64,000 nt of DNA, taken from assembly GCA_041917855.1 (NCBI GenBank), contig JAYRWT010000044.1, positions 21,563 through 85,562 of the forward strand. Direction: 5' to 3'. Positions 37,555 to 47,326 of this stretch are shown here, piece after piece (the first letter of the stretch is position 1; each line of letters starts with the position of its first letter). The notes beneath the pieces are model-generated. The model was not told where the DNA came from, made no database searches, and saw nothing but the letters and a program-made list of their open reading frames with translations. Source of the stretch: Patescibacteria group bacterium (lineage in GTDB: Bacteria > Patescibacteriota > UBA1384 > CAILIB01). The position numbers were made by a program, and so were the translations under genes.

Positions 37555-38346
37555 ATGCTAGAACGTGAAATTATTCTCTTTGCCGCCATCTTTGGTCTAC
37601 TGATTGGATCATTTCTGAATGTGGTTGTGCTACGCGATAGGTCACGCTGGAGCATCCTTACAGGTCGCTCAGCTTGCCCACACTGTCACCATCCTCTTGC
37701 GTGGTACGAGCTCTTACCTGTTGTCAGCTTTTTGCTGCAAATGGGCCGCTGTCGTTCGTGCAAGCGGCAAATCAGTTGGCAGTACCCGGTGGTTGAACTG
37801 ATCACGGCTGTACTTACCGCAACCACTGTCTGGTATGGTGGAGTGTACCTAGATAGCACCATCTTTGCTATTGGCCTCAGCATTGCTGCTTGGCTCCTGC
37901 TGGTGGTGAGTGTTATCGACATTAAAACGCAGATGGTTTCTTTGGAGTATGTTATTGCAGCCGCCCTGGTTGGTTCGGGCTCTGCTGTATTGAGTGGGGT
38001 ACTAAGCTGGCAGTCTGCCTTACTTGGGGCTGCGACTGGCGCATTTGTACTTGGTTTTGTGATTGCAGCCTGGTGGCTAGCCACAAAACAGCAGGGAATG
38101 GGTGATGGAGATGTGTGGATTGCGGCTGCGGTTGGTGCCATAGTTGGCTATCCCCATATTTGGGTTGCTCTAGTGATGGCGGTAGTGAGCGGCGCGGTTA
38201 TTGGGGTTGCCTATATAGCCGCGCAACGGAAGAGTATGAACCTGGCGATTCCATTCGGTCCATTCTTATTCTCCGGACTACTTGTAGCGCTGCTATGGGG
38301 AGATCAGCTGGTTACTTGGTATACTAATTACATACATGGCTTCTAA
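37555..38346 (+). CDS. pilD: Prepilin peptidase
   Basis: GSFLNVV, RSACPHC..GRCRSC, YPVVE, GMGDGD and IPFGPFL. Confidence 0.92.
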   Translation: MLEREIILFAAIFGLLIGSFLNVVVLRDRSRWSILTGRSACPHCHHPLAWYELLPVVSFLLQMGRCRSCKRQISWQYPVVELITAVLTATTVWYGGVYLDSTIFAIGLSIAAWLLLVVSVIDIKTQMVSLEYVIAAALVGSGSAVLSGVLSWQSALLGAATGAFVLGFVIAAWWLATKQQGMGDGDVWIAAAVGAIVGYPHIWVALVMAVVSGAVIGVAYIAAQRKSMNLAIPFGPFLFSGLLVALLWGDQLVTWYTNYIHGF

Positions 38347-38367
38347 CATGGCTACTAAGGCTTAACC

Positions 38368-38988
38368 GTGCAAAAGAGGGGATTCACACTGCTTGAGGTA
38401 ATTGTGGCGGTAACCATTGGGGTTGCTCTTATTGGTATTGGCATACCTTCGTTTACTAACTTAGTACGCCGCCAAGAGTTTCAATCTGAGGCAGGTAGAT
38501 TAGCTGGGTGTCTGCAGAGCGCGCAGGAGTATGCGCTTTCTGCTCGCCAGCTCAGTAACGGCCAGTCAGTGCGCTGGTCTGCTGCAGACATTAGCTATAA
38601 CGCTAGTACCCAGGTGATTACCTGCAAGAAGATGCTATTTTCTACGCCCAGGCCAACAAATTCACTGTGGACAGACTTCTTAACAGGCAGTCTTGCAGAA
38701 GATGAGCTAGCTGGCACCGAAACCATCAATAGCATTTACGCTACTGGTTTTACGTACGGTACGGCGACTACCGGGCTCCTCGCTTCAGAGAAGATTAGAG
38801 TATACTTTGGTCAAACCGAACGAGGTGCTGTTGTACGCTTGATTGCGGGCAACTACGGCATGCCATCTAAATACAGCCAGTACGGTACGGCCATGTCAAT
38901 TAGCCTTACTTCATCTGTTGATGACCAGCAAACTGCCAAAATTATAATTGGTAGTACTGGCACTCCAATTCAGCTTACGTCAGAATAG
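38368..38988 (+). CDS. Minor pilin (FimT/FimU-like)
   Basis: G|FTLLE..GIPSF. Confidence 0.8.
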   Translation: MQKRGFTLLEVIVAVTIGVALIGIGIPSFTNLVRRQEFQSEAGRLAGCLQSAQEYALSARQLSNGQSVRWSAADISYNASTQVITCKKMLFSTPRPTNSLWTDFLTGSLAEDELAGTETINSIYATGFTYGTATTGLLASEKIRVYFGQTERGAVVRLIAGNYGMPSKYSQYGTAMSISLTSSVDDQQTAKIIIGSTGTPIQLTSE

Positions 38989-38992
38989 AGCC

Positions 38993-39679
38993 ATGCAACG
39001 TCGCGGTTTTACCCTCATAGAAACACTTATTTCACTGGCTATTGTGATTATCGTGTTGGCTGGAGCTGTAAGCTTTAGTCGCAGCTTTTTTGTTACGGGT
39101 CAGGTGAGTGAAGATCGGGCACAGGCAGAGGGCTTGGTAGATGACGCACTTGGGTTACTGGTTTCACTCCAGCGAACGGTGCGCTCCGTTGATTGTAGTC
39201 CCACGCCGACATGTGCGGTGAATAACTTATCAACGTTTTTGTACGTAGACAAAAACGACACCACAGCCTATGTTATTCCGTACCGTGTATCCAATGACCT
39301 CTTCTGGTGCGCAGTTGCTAATCAGGATGCAGATAGGTATAGACCAGGTGGCTGTAATCTGCAAGTCAGCAAAGTTGGTAACTTAAATTTAGGTACTATG
39401 TTAAAGGGCACCGGTGAGTTGATTGGTGTAAATCGTGCAGCCTGGGGCGTGGCTGATGAGGGGGAGTCAAGCCCCCTTGTTAATGCTGTATTCGACGCGA
39501 CTACTACTCTGGGGGACCCAATTACTACCTCAGACAAACGACTTGACTATTACAAACGAGTCATCTCACTACAGAAATCTACTCTTAGTGGCATCACCAT
39601 GCACACTGCAAAAGTTACAGTTACAAATACAAGAACAAATCTTTCAGTAACCAAGAGTATAGTGTTGAGTGATGAGTAA
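38993..39679 (+). CDS. Minor pilin (PilV-like)
   Basis: G|FTLIETLIS and DRAQA. Confidence 0.78.
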   Translation: MQRRGFTLIETLISLAIVIIVLAGAVSFSRSFFVTGQVSEDRAQAEGLVDDALGLLVSLQRTVRSVDCSPTPTCAVNNLSTFLYVDKNDTTAYVIPYRVSNDLFWCAVANQDADRYRPGGCNLQVSKVGNLNLGTMLKGTGELIGVNRAAWGVADEGESSPLVNAVFDATTTLGDPITTSDKRLDYYKRVISLQKSTLSGITMHTAKVTVTNTRTNLSVTKSIVLSDE

Positions 39680-40421
39680 GCGCGCCTTCACCCTAGTAGA
39701 GCTGCTTATTACGGCAACCATCATGGTGGCAGTCTCTTTCTTAACGTTGAGTATTTTTTCTACGGTAGCAAAAGTGCAAGCCGACAGGAGGACCACACAA
39801 ACTGTTCTCAATCAAATTGACACCGTTGTAGACCAAATTGCCGTTGAGCTTGAGTCGATCAACCGAACCGTGGATGGGCAAAATGAGCGCATAAAGACAT
39901 TTCCTCAGACGTTTACTCAGACGGGAAGTCAGTATGCATCATTTATTGCTGTGAACGTTCCGCTCCTCGATGATAGGGGGGTGCAAACTGGGAATAACGT
40001 GCTGCGTATTTACTGCCGTAGCCTATACGTTAGTCCTGCCCAGGCTGGGGAATACTATCGGTTATCCGTGTTCAGCACGCCCCCCCTAAACTCCTCCGAT
40101 ACAACTGTGCCACTTACAGCTGAGCCTACCTCATGCACAATGCCTGCGCTGCAATCAGCGTTGCAATCAGCAATGGGTAATACTCTTTCGCTTACTGAAA
40201 CAGTACTGACTGACGAATTTACAAACATTAGATTTTTCGGGGCTTACCCAATGCAGTCTAAAGTAGAAAATGCAGGATCAGCTGCAACTGGTCCTAATAT
40301 GACTTTACGTCTGACGCTCACTGCAAGCTATGATGAGCGAATGAAGTACTCAGATGTGCCTCCGCTAGACCCCCAACAAAGCGTGACAACACTGAGAACA
40401 ATAAGTAGAGCCAAGCCATGA
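39672..40421 (+). CDS. Minor pilin (PilW-like)
   Basis: A|FTLVELLI. Confidence 0.78.
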   Translation: MSKRAFTLVELLITATIMVAVSFLTLSIFSTVAKVQADRRTTQTVLNQIDTVVDQIAVELESINRTVDGQNERIKTFPQTFTQTGSQYASFIAVNVPLLDDRGVQTGNNVLRIYCRSLYVSPAQAGEYYRLSVFSTPPLNSSDTTVPLTAEPTSCTMPALQSALQSAMGNTLSLTETVLTDEFTNIRFFGAYPMQSKVENAGSAATGPNMTLRLTLTASYDERMKYSDVPPLDPQQSVTTLRTISRAKP

Positions 40422-41491
40422 ATAGACCCGCCTCTTCCCTTGTCTTAGTCACTCTAAGCATGGCTGCTGTAGCTGTAGTAATACTGGCGGGTAGCCGTGC
40501 GTTAATTCAGTCATTGCGTACGCGATCTAGTCTAGATTCTGCTTCAAACGCACGCGTATTATCTGAAGCCGCAATTCAGGAAGGTATGCAGCGAGTTCGT
40601 AAAGGGGCGGCAGGTGGACTTGATGGATATGGTCAGTACGGCACTTGGAACCTAGAACAGGCAACCCTAGAGCCGCTGACCAGAGGGTTTAGTGATGCAA
40701 ACTGCTCCCAGGTTGTAGAGAAAAACTATACGACGGATTGTGGTACGTATAAGGTTGCTGTTCGAACAATCGTCAAAGGTGATACATATGACTATCAGGT
40801 ACAAGATTTACCTGGGGGTTCAGAATTAGACTTAGTTATCGCAAAACCAGGAAGACTAGGGTTTACTCTGAGGACGAGTGTAGACGGAGTTCTTGCTCAG
40901 GCAAGATTTGATATACAGGTTTATATTGCCGGTAGATGGAGTCAGAAGCAAAGAGGCGTTACAAATTACTCTGTGCCTACAACGGCTACGGCATTTCGCA
41001 TTACTATGAACTACGGCGGTGCGACACCGTCTGCAACTGACGTTGCCCTAACAGCAGAACAGAACGGAACTCTAACCGTCTCTGGTGACCAGTTTGCCAT
41101 ACAGAAAGGCTACACAACCATAGAGGGCACTGGGCTTGCTGCTGATGGCAGCCAGTATCGTACAGTTGTGGTATTTCGTCCTGATTTTACAAAACGCCCA
41201 GGATTCTCTGACCCGGGCGGTACTGATTCGGGGGGAACCCAGCTGCGAACCGGGCCTGATCGTACTACTACGCGCACGGGGAACGTTACTGGCGGTGCCG
41301 CAGGGGAAGTAATTTCGGCAGTAGACGGCAAAGATGTGGTTGCCACTGAGGATACTGTAGATGGTGAAATAGTACCTCGCATCAATGGTTTCGGCGGTTT
41401 TGCATCGGGTCCCTACTTGATTCGTCGCAACATTTCACCTAAGTTTAAGTCCACTGGCTTCTGTGAGCCTTACCAAGAGCTTTGTCGTTAA
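40418..41491 (+). CDS. PilX-like minor pilin
   Basis: Hydrophobic N-terminal helix lacking Glu5, ARVLSEAAIQEG; last gene of the minor-pilin run. Confidence 0.6.
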   Translation: MNRPASSLVLVTLSMAAVAVVILAGSRALIQSLRTRSSLDSASNARVLSEAAIQEGMQRVRKGAAGGLDGYGQYGTWNLEQATLEPLTRGFSDANCSQVVEKNYTTDCGTYKVAVRTIVKGDTYDYQVQDLPGGSELDLVIAKPGRLGFTLRTSVDGVLAQARFDIQVYIAGRWSQKQRGVTNYSVPTTATAFRITMNYGGATPSATDVALTAEQNGTLTVSGDQFAIQKGYTTIEGTGLAADGSQYRTVVVFRPDFTKRPGFSDPGGTDSGGTQLRTGPDRTTTRTGNVTGGAAGEVISAVDGKDVVATEDTVDGEIVPRINGFGGFASGPYLIRRNISPKFKSTGFCEPYQELCR

Positions 41492-41494
41492 CGT

Positions 41495-42391
41495 ATGTCT
41501 GAACACATCCCCGTACTAGTCAAGGAGGTTGTAACAGCGCTCCGCCCGAGCAAGGGCGGTGTTTTTCTAGATGCAACACTTGGTCTAGCTGGTCACACCT
41601 TGGCCATGCAGCGCGAGGTAGACGGAACCCTGACGACTTACGGCATAGATCAAGATGAGCAAGCACTGGCCATAGCGGGCGAACGGTTAGGCGCAACATT
41701 CCCGAGCAACCCCGGTACTCTCATTAAGGGAAACTTTATGGACCTGACTTCTTTAGCTGAGGAGTATGGTATACCAAAGGCAGATGCCATTTTAATGGAC
41801 GTAGGTGTTTCTAGTTTACAGCTGGATGAGCCTGAGCGCGGCTTTTCTTTTACGCAAGATGGTCTACTCGACATGCGCATGGATGCTGATAACTCGGTCA
41901 GTGCTTTTACTATTGTAAACACTTGGTCAGAGCATAAATTAGCTATGTTGCTACGCAACTACGGGGAAGAGCGCTTGGCGGCAAAAATTGCCAAGGCAAT
42001 CGTACACAGGCGACGCAAACGACAAATTGAAACAACAAAAGAACTTGCCGACCTCATAGTCGAGCAGTACCATCCCGCACTGCGCCACAAAAAGCCACAT
42101 CCAGCAACCCGCAGCTTCCAGGCTATTCGTATAGAGGTGAACCAAGAGCTTGAGGCACTAGAGCAGGGGATTTGTGCAGCCTTAGAGCTACTTGCCCCAG
42201 CTGGGCGCTTGGCAGTGATTAGCTTTCACTCACTAGAAGATCGCATTGTCAAAGAACTATTTCGCCAAGCCACAGAAACTGGCAGCTTTGTACTGGTTAC
42301 AAAAAAGCCGCTTACAGCATCTGAGCAAGAGCAGGTAGAAAACTCACGCAGCAGGAGTGCAAAATTACGAGTAATCGAGAGAGTACAGTAG
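41495..42391 (+). CDS. rsmH: 16S rRNA m4C1402 methyltransferase
   Basis: HIPVL, DATLGLAGH, DVGVSSLQLD, HPATRSFQAIRIEVN, FHSLEDR and RSRSAKLR. Confidence 0.95.
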   Translation: MSEHIPVLVKEVVTALRPSKGGVFLDATLGLAGHTLAMQREVDGTLTTYGIDQDEQALAIAGERLGATFPSNPGTLIKGNFMDLTSLAEEYGIPKADAILMDVGVSSLQLDEPERGFSFTQDGLLDMRMDADNSVSAFTIVNTWSEHKLAMLLRNYGEERLAAKIAKAIVHRRRKRQIETTKELADLIVEQYHPALRHKKPHPATRSFQAIRIEVNQELEALEQGICAALELLAPAGRLAVISFHSLEDRIVKELFRQATETGSFVLVTKKPLTASEQEQVENSRSRSAKLRVIERVQ

Positions 42392-42401
42392 TAGTGGTCA
42401 T

Positions 42402-42727
42402 AAAGAAAACGCCCCGTCGCCTAGTAAAAGACGAACGGGGCCGGGGGACAAGAGCTACGAGAAAGGGAGGTGTAGCTCGGGGTCGGATGTGATGCTTTGC
42501 GGACCGACGTCCTGCACCTGGGGGCCTTGTACTCGGGCCTTAGCTGCGCATTACGCTATGGACGTTGATCGGAGGGCCCAATCGTGTCTAACTTAGCGTA
42601 GGTATTACCGCTGGCGGTGCATCCTTCTATCGCTTCAGGGACGAAGGTAGGGTGTTTCCACTGATTTGAGAGGTTGCAACCGGCAGATCCAGCCAGAAGA
42701 GATAGCCCGCAGGCGTACTCTCCACAT
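42402..42727 (-). ncRNA. Putative ~320-nt structured small RNA with an anti-SD loop
   Basis: TTGACA..TATAAT promoter (42764-42734), many stems whose G-U pairs form on the minus strand, and a terminal hairpin with U-tract. Confidence 0.55.
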
Positions 42728-42842
42728 GACATAATTATATACGCCATTTTCTAAGAATTGTCAATAATTTTGCTTAGCACACAAGTTGCTCGGTAGGGAG
42801 GCGCCGTTGGTTTCAGAACTGAAATAGGCTAGTATAAAACGT

Positions 42843-43262
42843 ATGACAGTTCTTACCATCCATACTGATGGCGGAGCGCGCGGTAACCCAGGACCAGCTG
42901 CTGTTGGCGTGCATTTTCAATTGGGCGATTGGGAGCATAAACACGGCCGTTGCATTGGTGAGGCTACAAACAATGTTGCTGAGTACACTGCAGTTATTGA
43001 TGCCTTAGCTCAAATTCAAGATTTTCGTATCGCCGGTGCACCGCAATTTGAATCGCTTCACTTTTATTTAGATAGTGAGCTCGTTGTTAAGCAGTTGCTT
43101 GGCATTTACCGTATAAAAGAGCCTAGTTTGCAGGAGCTTGCTCAAAAGATACTCATTACCTTAAAAACCATTGCCGTTCCGTACCAGTTCACCCACGTGC
43201 GCCGTGAACAGAATAAGATTGCTGACTCGCTGGTTAACGCTGCGCTCGACGGTATTCTATAA
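42843..43262 (+). CDS. rnhA: Ribonuclease HI
   Basis: TDGGARGNPG, TNNVAEY, DSELVVKQ and HVRREQNKIAD. Confidence 0.9.
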   Translation: MTVLTIHTDGGARGNPGPAAVGVHFQLGDWEHKHGRCIGEATNNVAEYTAVIDALAQIQDFRIAGAPQFESLHFYLDSELVVKQLLGIYRIKEPSLQELAQKILITLKTIAVPYQFTHVRREQNKIADSLVNAALDGIL

Positions 43263-43270
43263 CTTGCCAT

Positions 43271-46162
43271 ATGTACGCTCCGCTTGAACCAAGCCCCCAT
43301 TTTCCTTCTAAAGAAGAAGAGCTCCTCACCTTTTGGAAAGAGAAGGGGATTATTGCCAAGGCTCGTTCCCTAAACAGGGGGAGGGAGCGCTTTGTGTTTT
43401 ACGATGGCCCACCAACCGCCAATGCTAAGCCGGCCCTGCATCACGCTGAACCTAGTTCTTTTAAAGATGCTGCCTGCCGGTACAAGGTAATGCGTGGGTT
43501 TGATGTAGTGAGGCAGCCAGGTTGGGACACTCACGGTCTACCTGTAGAGGTGCAGGTAGAAAAAGCCCTGGGGCTGAGTAGTAAAAAAGAGGTGTTGGGG
43601 CTCGTGCCTGGTGATGAGCGCGCTTCTATTGCCAAGTTTAACACTGCCTGTGCTGAAAGTGTTTGGCAGTACATTCAGGATTGGAATAGATTCATTGAGC
43701 GGTTAGCACGTTGGGACGACCTTAGTGATGCCTATGCCACTAACCAAGTCTCCTATGTAGAGGGGGTTTGGTCAGTCTTTAAGCAAATTTGGGACAAGGA
43801 TCTAGTCTTCAAAGATTACAAGGTTGTCCCATACTGTCCGCGCTGCGGCACCGGTCTTTCTGCGGCTGAGCTTGCCATGGAGTACCAAGATGTGAAGGAT
43901 GTCTCGGTATTTGTGACTTTCCCTTGGGTAGACAAACCAGCTCGCTCCTTTATAGCTTGGACAACTACACCGTGGACCCTGCCGGGTCATGTTGCCTTAG
44001 CACTAGGTCCGGACATTGAGTACGTTGTGATTGAAAAAGACGGTCGTGAATTCGTCTTGGCCAAGGAGCGCCTTGAGATTGTAGAGGGCGAGTACGTAAT
44101 CGTAGAGCAAAAGCTAGGTAAAGACTTACTTGGTATTCGCTATCAACCACTATTTCAGGGTGTATTAGATTCAGCAGAGGGCGAAAAGTTTGTCACCGTA
44201 CCTGCCAGTTTTGTGACCACAACAGATGGAAGCGGCATTGTGCATACTGCCTGTATGTATGGTGAGGACGACTTTGTGCTCGGCAAAGAACTGGGCTTAG
44301 CTCGCCAGCACACGGTTGATCTAACTGGAGCCTTCCTGCCACAAGTTACGGAGTTTGCTGGAATGAATGTGCGAGACGCACTAGTGCCAATCCTTAAATC
44401 GCTCACCGAAAAAGGCAAACTCTTTAAAAAGCAGACCATTACGCACAGCTACCCACACTGCTGGCGCTGTAAAACTCCACTGATCTACTACGCAAAAGAC
44501 TCTTGGTACATCCGAATGTCGGCTAAGCGTGAAGAGCTCAAAAAGAGCAACGCCGCAGTTGAATGGATTCCATCTCATATTAAAGAAGGTCGTTTTGGTG
44601 ACTTTATTCGCGAAGCTCGCGACTGGGCAGTTTCTCGCGAGCGATTTTGGGGGACTCCGCTGCCAATCTGGAAAAGTGAGAGTGGCAAGTACCTCTGCGT
44701 AGGCTCTCTCAGCGAACTCCGTGCACTAGCTAAAGACTCTAGTTTGGTAGGCGCAGACTTTGACCCACATCGTCCAAATATCGATGCCGTTGTCTTGGTT
44801 AAAGATGGTGAGGACTACCTGCCGGAACCATACGTACTTGATGTCTGGTTTGATTCTGGTGCTATGCCTTTTGCTTCTGGCCGCGTTGCAAAGGGTGAGT
44901 TCCCCGCAGATTTCATTGCAGAAGCTATCGATCAAACTCGTGGCTGGTTCTACAGCTTAATGGCGATCAGCACCCTGCTAAAGGGTGAATCTGCATATAA
45001 GCGGGTAATCTGCATGGGGCACCTCGTAGATGCTGATGGCCGCAAAATGTCTAAATCTATCGGCAACGTGATTGAACCAATGGGTGCGTTTGCAACGGCA
45101 GGAGCAGATGCGGTGCGCTGGTTCATCTTTACGGTAAATGCTCCGGGTGACACAAAGTCGGTCAGTATAGAAGAAGTACAGGCGTCGTTTAGGAGAATCC
45201 AGGTTCCACTCTGGAATATGCTCAACTACCTCGTTACCTATGCAAACCTTACCCAAGTAGATGTAAAAAGCCTTGATGCAACTGCTATAGCAGAGCGTAC
45301 CGATCTTACAGAGCTTGATCGTTGGGCGCTTGCGCTGCAAGAGGCCAGCCTAGCAAGTACTACGGCCAGCCTAGATGCCCTAGATTTTATGCGTGCTGGT
45401 CGCGAGCTTGAAAATCACATCGTCGATCTTTCAACCTGGTACCTGCGTCGTTCACGTAAGCGTACCGATGAAGCATTCTTCCTTACACTGCACGTGCTCC
45501 TAAAGCGCGTTGCGCTAATGCTCGCCCCGCTCACGCCTTTCCTAAGTGAATCGCTTTACCAGGCACTACGCAGTGAGAATGATCCTGAGTCTGTGCATGT
45601 AACTGAGTGGCCAGCTGCTATGCCGGCTCTGCAAAATCAAAATGTACTAGCAACCATGCAGAGTTTGCGTAATGCAGTAGAACTTGGTTTAGCAGTACGA
45701 GCTGAGCAAAAACAGAAGGTGCGTCAGCCGCTAGCGAGCGCCTACCTGCTTGGCGCTGTTGAATACAGCAGTGAGCACCTAGAGATACTTAAGGATGAGC
45801 TCAATGTAGAGCAAGTGCAAATTGTGCAGCGTATTGATCCTGGGCTTCCGGCAAAATCTGAAGGTGGGTTAACTGTTGCACTAGACGTTACACTAACACC
45901 TGAACTACAAGAAAAGGGTGAAGCCCGCGAATTACTCCGTCAACTACAAAACCTACGAAAGCAAAGCGGTTTGCAGCCTGGTCAGATGGCGCTCCTACTC
46001 TTTGGTCCAGCGCACCATGAGTATCTCAAAGAGATCTTACAAAAGTATCCGCAGATCCTGACGGATGGTTTCTTCCAAGTTAACGACGAAACCTGGCACC
46101 AAATGGGGGATACAGATGTTTCTATTAACGGTCTGACGGTGCAGGTAAGCCTCCGTGCCTAA
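43271..46162 (+). CDS. ileS: Isoleucine-tRNA ligase, type 2
   Basis: YDGPPTAN, GWDTHGLPVE, WTTTPWTLP, DQTRGWFY and KMSKS; ALHH in place of HIGH. Confidence 0.95.
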   Translation: MYAPLEPSPHFPSKEEELLTFWKEKGIIAKARSLNRGRERFVFYDGPPTANAKPALHHAEPSSFKDAACRYKVMRGFDVVRQPGWDTHGLPVEVQVEKALGLSSKKEVLGLVPGDERASIAKFNTACAESVWQYIQDWNRFIERLARWDDLSDAYATNQVSYVEGVWSVFKQIWDKDLVFKDYKVVPYCPRCGTGLSAAELAMEYQDVKDVSVFVTFPWVDKPARSFIAWTTTPWTLPGHVALALGPDIEYVVIEKDGREFVLAKERLEIVEGEYVIVEQKLGKDLLGIRYQPLFQGVLDSAEGEKFVTVPASFVTTTDGSGIVHTACMYGEDDFVLGKELGLARQHTVDLTGAFLPQVTEFAGMNVRDALVPILKSLTEKGKLFKKQTITHSYPHCWRCKTPLIYYAKDSWYIRMSAKREELKKSNAAVEWIPSHIKEGRFGDFIREARDWAVSRERFWGTPLPIWKSESGKYLCVGSLSELRALAKDSSLVGADFDPHRPNIDAVVLVKDGEDYLPEPYVLDVWFDSGAMPFASGRVAKGEFPADFIAEAIDQTRGWFYSLMAISTLLKGESAYKRVICMGHLVDADGRKMSKSIGNVIEPMGAFATAGADAVRWFIFTVNAPGDTKSVSIEEVQASFRRIQVPLWNMLNYLVTYANLTQVDVKSLDATAIAERTDLTELDRWALALQEASLASTTASLDALDFMRAGRELENHIVDLSTWYLRRSRKRTDEAFFLTLHVLLKRVALMLAPLTPFLSESLYQALRSENDPESVHVTEWPAAMPALQNQNVLATMQSLRNAVELGLAVRAEQKQKVRQPLASAYLLGAVEYSSEHLEILKDELNVEQVQIVQRIDPGLPAKSEGGLTVALDVTLTPELQEKGEARELLRQLQNLRKQSGLQPGQMALLLFGPAHHEYLKEILQKYPQILTDGFFQVNDETWHQMGDTDVSINGLTVQVSLRA

Positions 46163-47277
46163 TGTGGGGACGATTTAAAACTCTTGATCCCTTACTATTT
46201 GTTCTGCCCATTATTTTTGCTGTAATCGGCGTAATTTTCATTTACGTACTTACCGTAGATACTGTTGGTACAGCACTTGCTTTACGTCAGGGTATTGCGG
46301 CTGGGCTAGGATGCATTGGCATGCTTGTATTTAGCTTTATCGACTACCGGGCGTGGCGAGCCTGGAAGCTGTGGATCTACCTGATTAGTATTGCCACACT
46401 TATTGCAGTTCTTGTTTTTGGTGAGGCGTCTTTTGGTGCGAAGAGCTGGATAAACTTTGGTTTTTACCAGTTTCAGCCTGGTGAATTTGCTAAGCTACTC
46501 CTTTTACTCGTACTACCGGCAATACTTCAGGTTAGAGCTCGAGCGGTTGGCTGGCAGCAGTTCCTACTTGCGGTTGGTGCGCTTGGGTTAGCCCTTGGGT
46601 TAGTTCTGCTACAGCCCGATCTTGGGACAACCTTAGTGCTCGCCGTGCTTGGTGTAACTGTGTTTATGACAAGCCGTACCACACGTTTGCAAAAAACAGT
46701 TGTTGGCCTTGTTGTTGCTCTTGGTGTTACTACAATCGGTCTCTCATTCATGAACGTCGGGCCTTTTGGAGGCTTGCTCAAGGAATACCAAAAGAACCGT
46801 CTGGCAAGTTTCATCTACCCTGATAGAGATCCAAGTGGTAGTGGTTACAATGTACTTCAATCAACCATCGCGGTGGGTTCGGGCGGACTAACAGGCAAGG
46901 GACTTGGCTTTGGTAGTCAGTCACAGCTAAACTTTTTACCCGTAGTACACTCAGACTTTATCTTTGCCGCTATAGCCGAGGCCTGGGGATTGGTAGGCTC
47001 GTATATAATCATCGGGCTCTTCATTTTGCTTACATACCGGTTAATTGTGGCAGCTCGCATAGCGCACGATGAGTACGGCTCGGTACTGTGTATCGGGTTG
47101 GCTGCTATGCTACTATTTGAGCTCCTAGTTAGTGTGGGCATGAACATAAAGGTAATGCCTGTTACCGGCATCCCGCTGCCGTTTATAAGTTACGGTGGAA
47201 CCGCTATGCTTACCTTCTTTTTTGCAATGGGGGTGGCTCAATCTGTTGTCATTCGCTCAAAGCGGTTGACCTTCTAA
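46162..47277 (+). CDS. rodA: SEDS peptidoglycan glycosyltransferase
   Basis: FQPGEFAK, LQPDLGT, YQKNRL, GSGGLTGKG, HSDFIF and PVTGIPLPFISYGG. Confidence 0.88.
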   Translation: MWGRFKTLDPLLFVLPIIFAVIGVIFIYVLTVDTVGTALALRQGIAAGLGCIGMLVFSFIDYRAWRAWKLWIYLISIATLIAVLVFGEASFGAKSWINFGFYQFQPGEFAKLLLLLVLPAILQVRARAVGWQQFLLAVGALGLALGLVLLQPDLGTTLVLAVLGVTVFMTSRTTRLQKTVVGLVVALGVTTIGLSFMNVGPFGGLLKEYQKNRLASFIYPDRDPSGSGYNVLQSTIAVGSGGLTGKGLGFGSQSQLNFLPVVHSDFIFAAIAEAWGLVGSYIIIGLFILLTYRLIVAARIAHDEYGSVLCIGLAAMLLFELLVSVGMNIKVMPVTGIPLPFISYGGTAMLTFFFAMGVAQSVVIRSKRLTF

Positions 47278-47326
47278 AGCTGTTCTGATAGAGTAATCCA
47301 GTACTAACCGCTAGGGGTATTTTTGT

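Noticed and set aside
42402-42727. Identification as tmRNA, RNase P RNA or SRP RNA
   Set aside because: No tRNA-like ends, no GAGGAAAGUCC and no SRP GGAA loop motif seen on either strand; a covariance search is still needed.
42556-42747. 63-aa minus-strand ORF in the rsmH-rnhA gap
   Set aside because: Both possible ATGs lie within or right beside the promoter elements and there is no SD; RNA structure explains the region better.
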